Shown: piece after piece, positions 19,676 to 29,863 of the stretch
Layout: each line of letters begins with the position of its first letter
Numbering within the stretch: position 1 is the stretch's first letter
IMG/VR virus record: IMGVR_UViG_3300028534_000025
Span: 6,426-70,425 of that record
DNA length: 64,000 bases
Source of the DNA: a virus
Direction: 5' to 3' (one strand)
The notes under the pieces: model-generated
What the model was told of the DNA's origin: nothing
The model's input: the letters and a program-made list of their open reading frames with translations, nothing else
The model's database searches: none
Translations under genes and position numbers: made by a program

Positions 19676-20116
19676 ATGAAAATTATAGTAACTGAAAAAT
19701 GGTATAGTATTCAAGAATGTTTGAATAATCCTAAAAATTTATATATTTTTGGTGATAATACTAAACATTATGGTAATGGTGGTCAAGCACAAATTAGAGG
19801 TTGTTTAAATACTTTTGGTATTCCAACAAAAAGATTACCAACAATGATGGATGAAGCTTTTTTTGATGATAATAATACTATGGATATTTATGAAATGATT
19901 AGATCATTATCAATATTAGAAAATTATTTAAAAAGCGATAATTATAAAGATTATACTTTTGTATTTCCTAAAGATGGATTGGGAACTGGTTTAGCCCAAT
20001 TAAAATTAAAAGCCCCAGCAATAAGTAAAATGTTATCAGATATATTAGAAGAAAAATTTAGAATAATAACATTAGAAGATGGATCATTAAAAATGAAGGA
20101 TAATAATTATGAATGA
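19676..20116 (+). CDS. conserved phage protein (YIFGDN...GGQA.IRG family)
   Basis: YIFGDN, GNGGQAQIRG, GIPTK, GLGTGLA motifs. Confidence 0.7.
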   Translation: MKIIVTEKWYSIQECLNNPKNLYIFGDNTKHYGNGGQAQIRGCLNTFGIPTKRLPTMMDEAFFDDNNTMDIYEMIRSLSILENYLKSDNYKDYTFVFPKDGLGTGLAQLKLKAPAISKMLSDILEEKFRIITLEDGSLKMKDNNYE

Positions 20117-20873
20117 AAAAATTTTAGAAGAAAACACTTTATGTGTTATAAATTCAAGCGGTGGATTAGACTCAACAACATTAATGGCTAAAGCTTTAGC
20201 TGAAGGAAAAACAGTATTACCTGTAAATTATAATTATGGTCAAAAAAATATTATTGAAATGGAAGCACAAAAAAATGTTTGGCAATTTTTAAAAAATAAA
20301 TATCCAGATCAATTAAAAGAAACAATTATTATTGATTTTACAGAAACATTAGGGAATGCTATAAAAACTTTCCAATTGAATAGAGATTCTGGAGAAACAG
20401 AAAAAAAGACAGATATGAAATACTATATGCCTAGTAGAAATTTATTATTTATGACAACAAGTTTAGTTATTGCAGAAATTATAGCACTTGATCAAAATAT
20501 AACAAAAATAGAATTAGGTTTAGGTATTCATAAACATTCTGATATTTATACTAGAGACTATTGGGATATTAGTCCTGATTTTGCAACAAGATTACAATCG
20601 ATTTTAGAATTAAATGATAATGTTAAAGTTGAAGTATATGCTCCTTATGCTGATAAATTAAAATCTGATATAATTCAAGACTCATTTTCATATGCAGTTC
20701 CATATGAATTAACTTGGACTTGTTATGAGCCAAATATGATTGAACATGGTTTATATAAACCATGTGATAAATGTGAAGCTTGTTTAGAAAGAAAAACTCA
20801 AGCCGAGGATATTGGTATGGGAGATACTATAAATGATTATAGTATAATAATTGAAGATGAAAAAAAACTTTAG
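20109..20873 (+). CDS. queC: 7-cyano-7-deazaguanine synthase QueC
   Basis: SSGGLDS PP-loop, YNYGQK, MPSRN, TWTCY...PCDKCEAC. Confidence 0.9.
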   Translation: MNEKILEENTLCVINSSGGLDSTTLMAKALAEGKTVLPVNYNYGQKNIIEMEAQKNVWQFLKNKYPDQLKETIIIDFTETLGNAIKTFQLNRDSGETEKKTDMKYYMPSRNLLFMTTSLVIAEIIALDQNITKIELGLGIHKHSDIYTRDYWDISPDFATRLQSILELNDNVKVEVYAPYADKLKSDIIQDSFSYAVPYELTWTCYEPNMIEHGLYKPCDKCEACLERKTQAEDIGMGDTINDYSIIIEDEKKL

Positions 20874-21051
20874 TACTATAATGATATATATAATTGTTAG
20901 TATATTTTATATACTAACAATTACAATTACATTTATATTAGCTATATTATCAATAATTGTAGGATTATTTGAAATAATCATTACATTATTAGATAATTTA
21001 TCAGTAATAACTTTATTAAAAAATAAAATATTAAAAGAGAAATTAAAATGA
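20857..21051 (+). CDS. small membrane protein
   Basis: long hydrophobic stretch. Confidence 0.5.
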   Translation: MKKNFSTIMIYIIVSIFYILTITITFILAILSIIVGLFEIIITLLDNLSVITLLKNKILKEKLK

Positions 21052-21467
21052 AAAAAATAGGATATGATTATAGTCAAACAATAGAAGATCAAGATTCACA
21101 TATAATTGTTGATAAAATTGGCGGATATTGTTTAGTAGAAGATGTTGAAAAAGGTATTTATATACATGGATCCAAAGATATTTTATTGTCAAGAATGTAT
21201 AAACCACAAGCTACAATTGGAGTTTGTATTGGTAATCAATTAAAATTTATGCATGATGATTTTGATATTGATAAAGAAAAAAAATATATAACAGTTACTA
21301 TGCCTATAATAAAAGATAGTATAATTGATGATAAAAATATAGATGAATCAAAAGATGTGTTTTTAACATATTGGGTATTTGAAGAGATGCAGTACGCAAC
21401 AAAATTTTTATCATATTTAATTAAAATATTAGATAATATACATATAAATGAAAAGGAAAATAAATAA
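21048..21467 (+). CDS. hypothetical protein
   Basis: 139 aa ORF. Confidence 0.65.
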   Translation: MKKIGYDYSQTIEDQDSHIIVDKIGGYCLVEDVEKGIYIHGSKDILLSRMYKPQATIGVCIGNQLKFMHDDFDIDKEKKYITVTMPIIKDSIIDDKNIDESKDVFLTYWVFEEMQYATKFLSYLIKILDNIHINEKENK

Positions 21468-21655
21468 TGAGTAAAAAATTAAAAATCTTAGAAATTAAAG
21501 ATGGAATTAAATCTGGTAATTTTAAAATTATAGATGAAGCAAAATTAACTTCAAATGGTTTAGAATTAAATAAAATGTTTAAACAACATGCTAGTAAATA
21601 TATTTTACTAGCTGTTGATGAAAAAACATTTAAAAAATTAATAGATGAGAAATAA
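21467..21655 (+). CDS. hypothetical protein
   Basis: 62 aa ORF with RBS. Confidence 0.55.
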   Translation: MSKKLKILEIKDGIKSGNFKIIDEAKLTSNGLELNKMFKQHASKYILLAVDEKTFKKLIDEK

Positions 21656-21678
21656 TGTAATTTTAGGGAAATATTAGA

Positions 21679-21690
21679 TATTTCTATAGT
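21679..21690 (+). promoter_or_regulatory. putative promoter, TATTTC-TATAGT
   Basis: recurrent intergenic motif 18 nt before ATG 21709. Confidence 0.45.
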
Positions 21691-21708
21691 AAATAAAAAG
21701 GAAAATAA

Positions 21709-22323
21709 ATGAATAAAGAAATAAGAAATTTTGAACAAAAAAAAATCATAAGAAATAAAAGTCTTATGAATGTAAAATCTTTACAACTTGATTTTATAAA
21801 TGCACAACATAATCATGACCATATATTAGATGAAATATTAAAAAATATTGATGGATATTTTCATAAAATAAATATATTTGATACTTTTATTTCTATAGAA
21901 ATAGAAGATATTAAAACATTAAAAAACATTTTGAAATATATATCACCAAATGTAACAACTATTGATATAGATTATGATTCAGAAAAATATAAAGCAAGAA
22001 ATTTAACATTATCAAAAAATGTCTTTAATAAACATGAATTAAAATATGAATCAGATATGTTTAATAAAGATATTCATATATCTTTTAATAATGATAATAT
22101 ATTAAATTTAGAAGAATTTGAATATGGTATTGATTATAAAGCTTATAAAGATTGTAAAGGTCATGAATATATTTTTCAAAATAAATATATAAAAAATTTA
22201 GGAAAACGATTAGTTTATAGTTCATCGGAAGACGGTAAATTATCATATAAATATATAATATTAAATGATGATCATATTAAACAATTTAGTAAATTATTAT
22301 ATATAGAAGAGGATGAGAAATGA
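21709..22323 (+). CDS. hypothetical protein
   Basis: 204 aa ORF with RBS. Confidence 0.65.
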   Translation: MNKEIRNFEQKKIIRNKSLMNVKSLQLDFINAQHNHDHILDEILKNIDGYFHKINIFDTFISIEIEDIKTLKNILKYISPNVTTIDIDYDSEKYKARNLTLSKNVFNKHELKYESDMFNKDIHISFNNDNILNLEEFEYGIDYKAYKDCKGHEYIFQNKYIKNLGKRLVYSSSEDGKLSYKYIILNDDHIKQFSKLLYIEEDEK

Positions 22324-23402
22324 ATAAAAATTTAGATAAAAATATTATACAAATATTACAAAACCCAACATTGAAAGTTATTAATAATCATACAATTAAA
22401 AAAATTCTAAAAAATAATATTAATTATATAAAATTAATGCGCGAAATTTATGATTTAAAATATGATCATATAATAATTCCAATATATGTTTTACAAAGAA
22501 ATATGAAAATAAAGAAAGAAATATTAAATAAAGTATTATCAGAAGCACAAAAATGGCAATATTTATATTATTTATTAGATGAAGAATATTTTAAAGGTAC
22601 AGATAAAATTAAAAGACATTCTAAATATTTTAGATACGCTTTATCTTTTGATTTAAATCCAAAAGATTATCAAAAATTATTAACGTATAATGAAAATATT
22701 AGAAACATACATACTACAGAATATAATATTTTTGATATTATACCAGATGATGATATTATAGCATTAGAAGATTTTATAAATGAAGCTATAAGAATAAGTG
22801 TTTCAGAAAATAATGATATTATAAAAGAAACAATATTTAGAGTACCAAAAATATTAGATAATTCAAAAATATTTAATATATGGTTAAATAAAATATTTCC
22901 AAGAGTAGAACATAATGTTTGTAATGATAAAATAATAAACATTATTAAAAATAATGCAATATATAAACAATGTTTTATATATGAATTTTTAAAATATGAT
23001 AATATGTTTCATTGGTTATTTTATAAATATTATCAAACTATAAATATTATAGGAGATGTTGAAGTATATAATTTATTAAAAGATAAAGATTTAAGTAAAT
23101 ATCATTTTCATTATTCAAATTTTTGTAATAATCAACAAAAGTTAATAATTACAAAACTTACAATTTTTAATTCAGATATTGAATTAAAAGAAGCAATTTT
23201 TAAAAATAAATTACCTCTTAGTATTTATAAAAAATATAATCCAAAACTATTTAAATCAATTGAAAAAGATTTAAAAAATGATGATTATTTTTTAAAGAGA
23301 GATTATCCAAAAGAATTTGAAAAAAAATATAGAAAAGAAGATGATTTAATTAAATTTAATTCACAAGATGAGTTATTAAAATATTTAAAGGAAAATAAAT
23401 GA
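22320..23402 (+). CDS. hypothetical protein
   Basis: 360 aa ORF, ATGA overlap. Confidence 0.7.
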   Translation: MNKNLDKNIIQILQNPTLKVINNHTIKKILKNNINYIKLMREIYDLKYDHIIIPIYVLQRNMKIKKEILNKVLSEAQKWQYLYYLLDEEYFKGTDKIKRHSKYFRYALSFDLNPKDYQKLLTYNENIRNIHTTEYNIFDIIPDDDIIALEDFINEAIRISVSENNDIIKETIFRVPKILDNSKIFNIWLNKIFPRVEHNVCNDKIINIIKNNAIYKQCFIYEFLKYDNMFHWLFYKYYQTINIIGDVEVYNLLKDKDLSKYHFHYSNFCNNQQKLIITKLTIFNSDIELKEAIFKNKLPLSIYKKYNPKLFKSIEKDLKNDDYFLKRDYPKEFEKKYRKEDDLIKFNSQDELLKYLKENK

Positions 23403-24523
23403 AAAATTTACAATTAATACAATTAGGTAATGGAGGTGGATTAGCTCCAGAAAAAACAAATAGTTCATTTTTAATACATTTTAAATATAATGATACTTAT
23501 ATGTTATTTGATTGTGGAATGAATATAATGTCAAAATTATTAGAATTTGAAAAATATAATAATAATTTTAAAATGTCAAAATTAAAATATGTATTCATAT
23601 CACATATACATGATGATCATATTGGATCATTAGAAACATTAGTTAATTATCAAAAATATACAATAGAAATGGATGATTTTAATATATTCTTTGCAAATAA
23701 TGAAGTGTCAGAATTTATAACATTAAAAAAATTAAGAAAAAAATATGAATGTTATCATATAAATGATAATATAATAACATCATTACTTAATATTCATATT
23801 TTCTCAATTGATGGTAGTCATAATGAAACATTATCAAATGGACTTTGTTTTATTGATTCTATTAATAATGATATGATTTATATTTCAGGTGATACTAAAG
23901 CAACAGAATTTATTGAACAAACATTAAGAGAAAATATAAAAAAATTTAAAATTAAAAAATATATATTGATGCATGATTATTCACACTGGAATGAACCAGA
24001 TATAAACCCACATATGTGTTTAGATAACATGAATAAAATTTATTCATCTGAATTTATTAAATTATTAACAATGTATCATACAGGTGAAACAAAATATAAT
24101 TGTTTTCATGAAGCAAAACGATTAGAAATATCAGTCGAAATATCAGTTGAAAATACAAATTTTAGTGATAACATTTTTACATGGGATAGTCATTATCAAA
24201 ATGGTGATTGTTATATTATTGGTATTGATAATGGTAATAATTATGAAATACAAATTAATATCGATGATGTATCTCTTAAAGTTGATAATATTACTGAATC
24301 ATTATTTTTATTTGATATTAATGTTATTATCGAAAAGAATAATAATATAATATTTGATAGTTGTTTTGAAGAATTAAATATTGATCAAATTAGAATATTA
24401 TTAAAAAATCATTTAAATATAAATGAGGATTATATAAATCTACCAACAGCTGTTGACATTGACGATGTTTATCAAAAATCTATGGATTGGAAATCTAAAA
24501 ATGGTCAATATGATAAAAAATAA
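23399..24523 (+). CDS. metallo-beta-lactamase-fold hydrolase (RNase Z-like) with C-terminal extension
   Basis: LGNGGG, LFDCG, SHIHDDH, YISGDT motifs. Confidence 0.85.
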   Translation: MKNLQLIQLGNGGGLAPEKTNSSFLIHFKYNDTYMLFDCGMNIMSKLLEFEKYNNNFKMSKLKYVFISHIHDDHIGSLETLVNYQKYTIEMDDFNIFFANNEVSEFITLKKLRKKYECYHINDNIITSLLNIHIFSIDGSHNETLSNGLCFIDSINNDMIYISGDTKATEFIEQTLRENIKKFKIKKYILMHDYSHWNEPDINPHMCLDNMNKIYSSEFIKLLTMYHTGETKYNCFHEAKRLEISVEISVENTNFSDNIFTWDSHYQNGDCYIIGIDNGNNYEIQINIDDVSLKVDNITESLFLFDINVIIEKNNNIIFDSCFEELNIDQIRILLKNHLNINEDYINLPTAVDIDDVYQKSMDWKSKNGQYDKK

Positions 24524-24779
24524 TTTTCATCATATACTTGGTGTAATATTTGTGATAGTTGTATTATCATTTCTTTGGTCACAAATACAAGAACAAGATA
24601 ATAGAAAAAAAAAGTTAATAAAAAATATTATGTTTATTCAAATAGAAAAAGCATATTGGGAAGGTCAAAAAGACTATATTACAAAAGGAAAAGGAATAGA
24701 TATTCATAATAATTGTTGGAAATATTCTCCTTGGAATAATATAAATGCGAAAATATATACTAAAAAATTATGCAACTAA
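24510..24779 (+). CDS. small membrane-anchored protein
   Basis: N-terminal TM; AYWEGQKD..W..SPW. Confidence 0.55.
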   Translation: MIKNNFHHILGVIFVIVVLSFLWSQIQEQDNRKKKLIKNIMFIQIEKAYWEGQKDYITKGKGIDIHNNCWKYSPWNNINAKIYTKKLCN

Positions 24780-24788
24780 AGGAATTAC

Positions 24789-25034
24789 ATGAATATAAAA
24801 CATAAATTATTTAAATCAATATTACCAGAAGAAATTGTTTATTATAGAGCAATAAAATGTTTTGATAAAGCTGAAGTATTCTGTCAAAATAAACCTCAAG
24901 AAAATAATAAATTTATTTATGGTCATTTAGTTTCATTTGATGAAGATAAAATGGTATGTGTAATTAGAGAAGTTGATGATATTAGTGTTAGTGGAATATT
25001 ATGCAAATTAAACACCTTAGAAAAAAGTAATTAA
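24789..25034 (+). CDS. hypothetical protein
   Basis: 81 aa ORF with RBS. Confidence 0.55.
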   Translation: MNIKHKLFKSILPEEIVYYRAIKCFDKAEVFCQNKPQENNKFIYGHLVSFDEDKMVCVIREVDDISVSGILCKLNTLEKSN

Positions 25035-25042
25035 GGAATTAT

Positions 25043-26680
25043 ATGGAATCATTAGATGTAAACACAATTGTTCAATCATTATTTGATAGAGTAGATAATT
25101 CGATCACAAGTTGGGATCAATTACCTCATTATTCTACATTTAAAGATATGAGCGAATCAATACAATTATTTAAAGAACATATAGAAAAAGGATCAAAAAT
25201 CCTTTGTGTTCATGATAGTGATGTTGATGGAATGAGTACTTATATTGAAGGATATATTTTTTTTGGTAAGACAAATTATAATATTGAATTATGTATAACT
25301 GATAGATCTAGAGGATATGGTTTTCAACCTTATCATATAGATGAACGATTAGAAGATTTACCTAAATTAATTATCACAGCAGATAATGGTATAACTTCAC
25401 ATAAAGCTTGTATACGAGCAAAAGAACTTGGAATTGATGTGATCATTACAGATCATCATTTAGTTGATGTACATGAGGGTAAACCACCTGCGACTAGAAT
25501 AATTGATCCACATCAAAGTGATTGTAATTTTAAATATCCTGACATTAATGGTGCATTTGTATATTGGTATTTTTTATGTGGATTAAACGAAGCATTAAAT
25601 TTAAATATTAATATGAAAGAAGAATTTTTACCAGAATTATGTTTAAGCACTATTGCTGATGTTATGCCTCTTATTCATATTAATAGATTCATTGTTAAAG
25701 AAGGATTAAAAATAATACCATATCATCCAAGACAATGGTTAAGAACTTGGTATTTACAATTTAATAAAAATAATGTTACAGCAGAAGATATGGCATTTAA
25801 CATTATTCCAGCATTAAATGCTACAAACAGATTAACAGATACAGCTGAATCTGTTGCATTTCTTGTGGAGCAAAATGAAGAATTATCTAAAAAATGGTTA
25901 TTTTATATACAAGAATTAAATACTGTTAGAAAAGAAATGTCATATGAATCACAACAACAAGTTGAAAAATTATATGGAGATTGGCTTAAAGCAGACTTTA
26001 TTTTAGTACCATCAAATGATATTAAAAAAGGTTTATTAGGACCAATGGCAGGTAAGTTTGCAGAAAAATATAAAAAGCCAGCAATTGTTTTAACTAAAAG
26101 TAAAGATGGTTCAACATACTCTGGTTCAGGTAGAAGTACTGGAACAATTGATTTATTAGGGTTAGTAAAAGATAGCCCATATGTTGATCAATTAAAAACA
26201 GGAGGACATAAAGCTGCTTGTGGAGTATCATTTAAAGTAGAAGATTTAAATGATCTTTGGACGGAATTACAATTAAAAACAAGAGAATTAGATAGAAAAT
26301 TATATTTTGATCAAGATGATGAATTTTTAGGTTACTTAGATTTAGGAAAAATAGATTATAATCTATTTTTAGAAATTGAAAAATTTCAACCATTTGGTCA
26401 TAAATTTAAAAAACCTATGTTTGCATGTACAGGTAAGTTTACAAGTTTGAGAAAAATTGGAAAAAATAAAGATCATTATTCAGGTGAATTTAAATCATTA
26501 ACTGGTACAAAGATGAGAATTATTAAATTTTTTATAGATGAAGAATATAACAAAAAAGATTTGTATAACATAGTTTTCACTATTGCAAAAGATGACTTTA
26601 ATAAAGAAGATCCAAAAGGATTATGCTTACATTTAAAAAAAATCATTACAAGTGAGGAATTATTAATAAAAGGAAAATAA
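25043..26680 (+). CDS. recJ: ssDNA-specific exonuclease RecJ (DHH/DHHA1)
   Basis: DSDVDG, RSRGYG, TADNG, TDHH, TIADVMPL, PALNA, GSGRS, GGHKAACG, QPFG. Confidence 0.93.
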   Translation: MESLDVNTIVQSLFDRVDNSITSWDQLPHYSTFKDMSESIQLFKEHIEKGSKILCVHDSDVDGMSTYIEGYIFFGKTNYNIELCITDRSRGYGFQPYHIDERLEDLPKLIITADNGITSHKACIRAKELGIDVIITDHHLVDVHEGKPPATRIIDPHQSDCNFKYPDINGAFVYWYFLCGLNEALNLNINMKEEFLPELCLSTIADVMPLIHINRFIVKEGLKIIPYHPRQWLRTWYLQFNKNNVTAEDMAFNIIPALNATNRLTDTAESVAFLVEQNEELSKKWLFYIQELNTVRKEMSYESQQQVEKLYGDWLKADFILVPSNDIKKGLLGPMAGKFAEKYKKPAIVLTKSKDGSTYSGSGRSTGTIDLLGLVKDSPYVDQLKTGGHKAACGVSFKVEDLNDLWTELQLKTRELDRKLYFDQDDEFLGYLDLGKIDYNLFLEIEKFQPFGHKFKKPMFACTGKFTSLRKIGKNKDHYSGEFKSLTGTKMRIIKFFIDEEYNKKDLYNIVFTIAKDDFNKEDPKGLCLHLKKIITSEELLIKGK

Positions 26681-26681
26681 A

Positions 26682-27245
26682 ATGTGTAAAATATCACCAG
26701 AACAGATGCAACGAGAATGGTTAGAAAAGAATAAAGTAACTAAATGTAATGATTGTTATTTAAAATCAAATTTAAAAACAACTAAAGCTAATAATAAACT
26801 TATAATATCTAAAAATATTCCAGGATTTAATTCAAGAATATTTGATAAAAAGTATACTTGCTGTGTTGGTTGTGGTGAGAAATACCAACCAACTATAGCT
26901 TATCCTAGACGAACTGTATATCATATATATTGTAAAGAATGTAGAGATAAAAATAGTCCAGTAAAAAAATTGTCTATAGAAAAATCACTTAGAAAACAAT
27001 TTAGAGAATTAAATCTTACTGTACACACAATAAGTATTTCATCTACTAATTTATTAGAATATGCATTAAATTTAATAGATAATATATTTCTTATAGAAAG
27101 AAAATGTAGTAATAAAAGATTAAATCTTGTTAAAGAGATTAAACTGGAACTAGCAAGTAGAATTGATAATCATACAAAAGAAGAGATAGAAATAGAACCA
27201 ATGAATACAAATTTAAATTCATTTGAACAAGAATTTGACTTCTAA
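26682..27245 (+). CDS. hypothetical protein with zinc ribbon
   Basis: CVGCG...YCKEC. Confidence 0.6.
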   Translation: MCKISPEQMQREWLEKNKVTKCNDCYLKSNLKTTKANNKLIISKNIPGFNSRIFDKKYTCCVGCGEKYQPTIAYPRRTVYHIYCKECRDKNSPVKKLSIEKSLRKQFRELNLTVHTISISSTNLLEYALNLIDNIFLIERKCSNKRLNLVKEIKLELASRIDNHTKEEIEIEPMNTNLNSFEQEFDF

Positions 27246-27279
27246 GAAAATTATTAATAAAAGAAAAAAGGAAAAAATA

Positions 27280-28176
27280 ATGAAATGCAATAAAATAGAT
27301 CCAAATTGTTTATTAACAGATGATTCAAAATTTGAAAAATTTGTAAAAAAACATAATAAAGATGTTGATTGGAGTAAAGTTATAGGTAGAAATTTACTAA
27401 CATTTAAATATTTTAAAAAATATTTTGATAGATTAAATGATAGAAATATTTCAGATTTTTTAACAACATCAAATCAAGAAACAATTGAAAAAACTCTAAC
27501 ATATCTTTGGCATAAAAAAAATATAAATTTTGGACTTATGATTAATGCATATACAATGAGAACAATAATTAGTCGAATATCAGAAGAGTTTTATATAAAT
27601 AATATTAATAAGTTTAAACTTAAAAGTAATTATTTTGATAAAAAAGAAAAATTTAGTTTCAGTTATATGAAACATTATTTATTATATTTTAAATATGCTG
27701 ATGATGTTGCAATGGTAGATAAACAATCTGAAAATAATATAAGATCATTTATAAATTTAGATATATTAATTATTGATAAATATAGTGTAATTGAATATAT
27801 GTTTTGTAAAAAAAATGATTTATATCATGAAGTATTAAATTTATCACAATCATTTTTAAATTATTATATTAATGATTATTATAATTTTACAAATTATATT
27901 ACAAATGAGAATAATGATTTAAATTTAGATTTAGTACAGGAAGTATTATTACATCATGATCATTATAGAAAAATAATTAAAGACTACTTTAATTATTATA
28001 ATCGTTTTTCTAATAGATCAGACGATAGAATATTGTTATTATTATTAGCATTAGATAATGTTAAATATTTTGATATGAGAATTGAATATTTAATAGATAT
28101 TTTTAAAAATTGGTCTAAACTGAGACAGTTTAAAAAGTATAAAAAAATAGTATTAAAAAATATAGGAGAAAAATAA
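27280..28176 (+). CDS. hypothetical protein
   Basis: long ORF; AAGGA RBS favours ATG 27280. Confidence 0.65.
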   Translation: MKCNKIDPNCLLTDDSKFEKFVKKHNKDVDWSKVIGRNLLTFKYFKKYFDRLNDRNISDFLTTSNQETIEKTLTYLWHKKNINFGLMINAYTMRTIISRISEEFYINNINKFKLKSNYFDKKEKFSFSYMKHYLLYFKYADDVAMVDKQSENNIRSFINLDILIIDKYSVIEYMFCKKNDLYHEVLNLSQSFLNYYINDYYNFTNYITNENNDLNLDLVQEVLLHHDHYRKIIKDYFNYYNRFSNRSDDRILLLLLALDNVKYFDMRIEYLIDIFKNWSKLRQFKKYKKIVLKNIGEK

Positions 28177-28646
28177 TGATCAGATTTGATAAACAACAAA
28201 CACAAAAAAAAGAAATTAAACAATTAACAGCTGAGGATATATTTGAAGGTAGAACACTTGAAGATATAAATAAACAAGATATTATTGAAAAAACTATAAA
28301 TAGAAAACATGTAAGAATAGATACAGTATATCAATCAAAAATTGTAGAATTATTTATTGAGGACTTAAAAAATTCTACAATCAATAATAAAACATTAATT
28401 GTTGATATTATTGATGATACAATATTTATTAATAAAGATATAACTATAAAGGAGGTTATTGATGTATTAAAAGAGTCTAAAGATTTAACATTTTTAGAAT
28501 TTATTAAAAGATTTTATATATATAATTTAGATGATTATATTGATAAAGCTTATGGTATGCCTGTAACAGCAATTCAGGAACTACCATATTCATTTGAAAT
28601 AGTAAATAATGATCCATATAAAATAGAATATGAATTTTTAAAATAA
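28176..28646 (+). CDS. hypothetical protein
   Basis: 156 aa ORF, AGGAG RBS. Confidence 0.65.
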   Translation: MIRFDKQQTQKKEIKQLTAEDIFEGRTLEDINKQDIIEKTINRKHVRIDTVYQSKIVELFIEDLKNSTINNKTLIVDIIDDTIFINKDITIKEVIDVLKESKDLTFLEFIKRFYIYNLDDYIDKAYGMPVTAIQELPYSFEIVNNDPYKIEYEFLK

Positions 28647-28713
28647 TATTTATTAATTTAAAATAAGTTTAGTCGCGAGAGCAATATTTAATTATCATTT
28701 AAAAGGAAATAAA

Positions 28714-29790
28714 ATGAACCCAACAATCCCAACAATCCCAACAGAAATTCATGTAGATATTAATACACCAGTTGTAGAAACACCAACACCAGTTGTAGAA
28801 ACACCAACACCAGTTGTAGAAACACCAACACCAGTTGTAGAAACACCAACACCAGTTGTAGAAACACCAACACCAGTTGTAGAAACACCAACACCAGTTG
28901 CAATACAAATTCCAACAGAAAATATTACTATGCCAACAGAAAATTCAACATTAAATGCTGAAACTCAAACTATTAATAATGAACCAGTTGTAGAAGAACC
29001 TATAAAAACTCCAACAACACTACAAGTTAATGATGAGCCAATTGAAGGTGAAATAACAAGAATGTCTTCTTCAAATTTTAATGCTGTAATTAAGATTTTA
29101 GAAATTATGAATGATGGAACAGATATTGTTGCAAATATTATTAATAATGGTAAAATTAAAATTGCAAAAAGTGCAGGTCAATTAAGTACAGATATATCAC
29201 ACATTTTTGGTAAAAAAAGTTGGATTTTAAGCAATCCAGGAAATCAATTAAAAAAATTAAAATTGGTTGCAGCAGGTGGTGATTTAATTAAAATTATTGC
29301 AGATGAATATGTTGATAATATATTAACAATATCTACTAAAAGTGGAAGTGAAGAAATTGTTAAATATGCTAGTATAACAAGACCAGATACAGATAATTTA
29401 AGAGATACTCCTCTTACAGATATTGGTGATCGAATAACATCAATTCAATTAAATAAAGAAATTGTTAAAGAATTAGTTTCAGCAAAAGATATTTATGATA
29501 AAACACATTATAATGTTATTCTAGATGATGACACACTAGATATTTTAGCAATAAATATTGGAGGAAAAGATTTTGAACAAAAAATTGGTTATATAGAAGG
29601 GAAAAAAACATCTACATATAAATGTAGAGAAATTTTTCCAATTATTGATACATCAATATTTAGTGTTTATAAAAATAAACATGGTGAAATATTCTTTAAA
29701 AATGTAGTTGATGTTCATGGAACTAGTATACATTTTGCTGCTCCAACATCAAAAATAAATACAGACACAGTAGCACAAATAGTAATATAA
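28714..29790 (+). CDS. protein with N-terminal (TPVVETP)n disordered region and a globular C-terminal domain (possibly sliding-clamp-like)
   Basis: 358 aa; Pro/Thr-rich first ~110 aa, then about 245 aa alpha/beta domain. Confidence 0.6.
   Translation: MNPTIPTIPTEIHVDINTPVVETPTPVVETPTPVVETPTPVVETPTPVVETPTPVVETPTPVAIQIPTENITMPTENSTLNAETQTINNEPVVEEPIKTPTTLQVNDEPIEGEITRMSSSNFNAVIKILEIMNDGTDIVANIINNGKIKIAKSAGQLSTDISHIFGKKSWILSNPGNQLKKLKLVAAGGDLIKIIADEYVDNILTISTKSGSEEIVKYASITRPDTDNLRDTPLTDIGDRITSIQLNKEIVKELVSAKDIYDKTHYNVILDDDTLDILAINIGGKDFEQKIGYIEGKKTSTYKCREIFPIIDTSIFSVYKNKHGEIFFKNVVDVHGTSIHFAAPTSKINTDTVAQIVI
28765..28900 (+). repeat. perfect 21-bp coding tandem repeat (ACACCAGTTGTAGAAACACCA) x6 plus a partial copy
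   Basis: read directly from sequence. Confidence 0.95.
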
Positions 29791-29822
29791 ATAGTATATA
29801 ATTAAATTTATAAATAGTAAGA

Positions 29823-29846
29823 TCAAGGATACAAAAGTATCCTTGA
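29823..29846. promoter_or_regulatory. perfect inverted repeat TCAAGGATAC-AAAA-GTATCCTTGA upstream of the RNAP beta-N gene
   Basis: 10-bp stem with AAAA loop; core has the GGATnn-AAAA-nnATCC geometry. Confidence 0.6.
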
Positions 29847-29863
29847 CGATTAAGGAGAACACA

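Noticed and set aside
28671..28682. CG-rich word AGTCGCGAGAGC in an intergenic gap
   Set aside because: Single occurrence, with no convincing stem or second copy found
28699..28908. Minus-strand ORF with (WCWCFYN)n repeats
   Set aside because: Shadow of the 21-bp repeat in the plus-strand gene; no RBS
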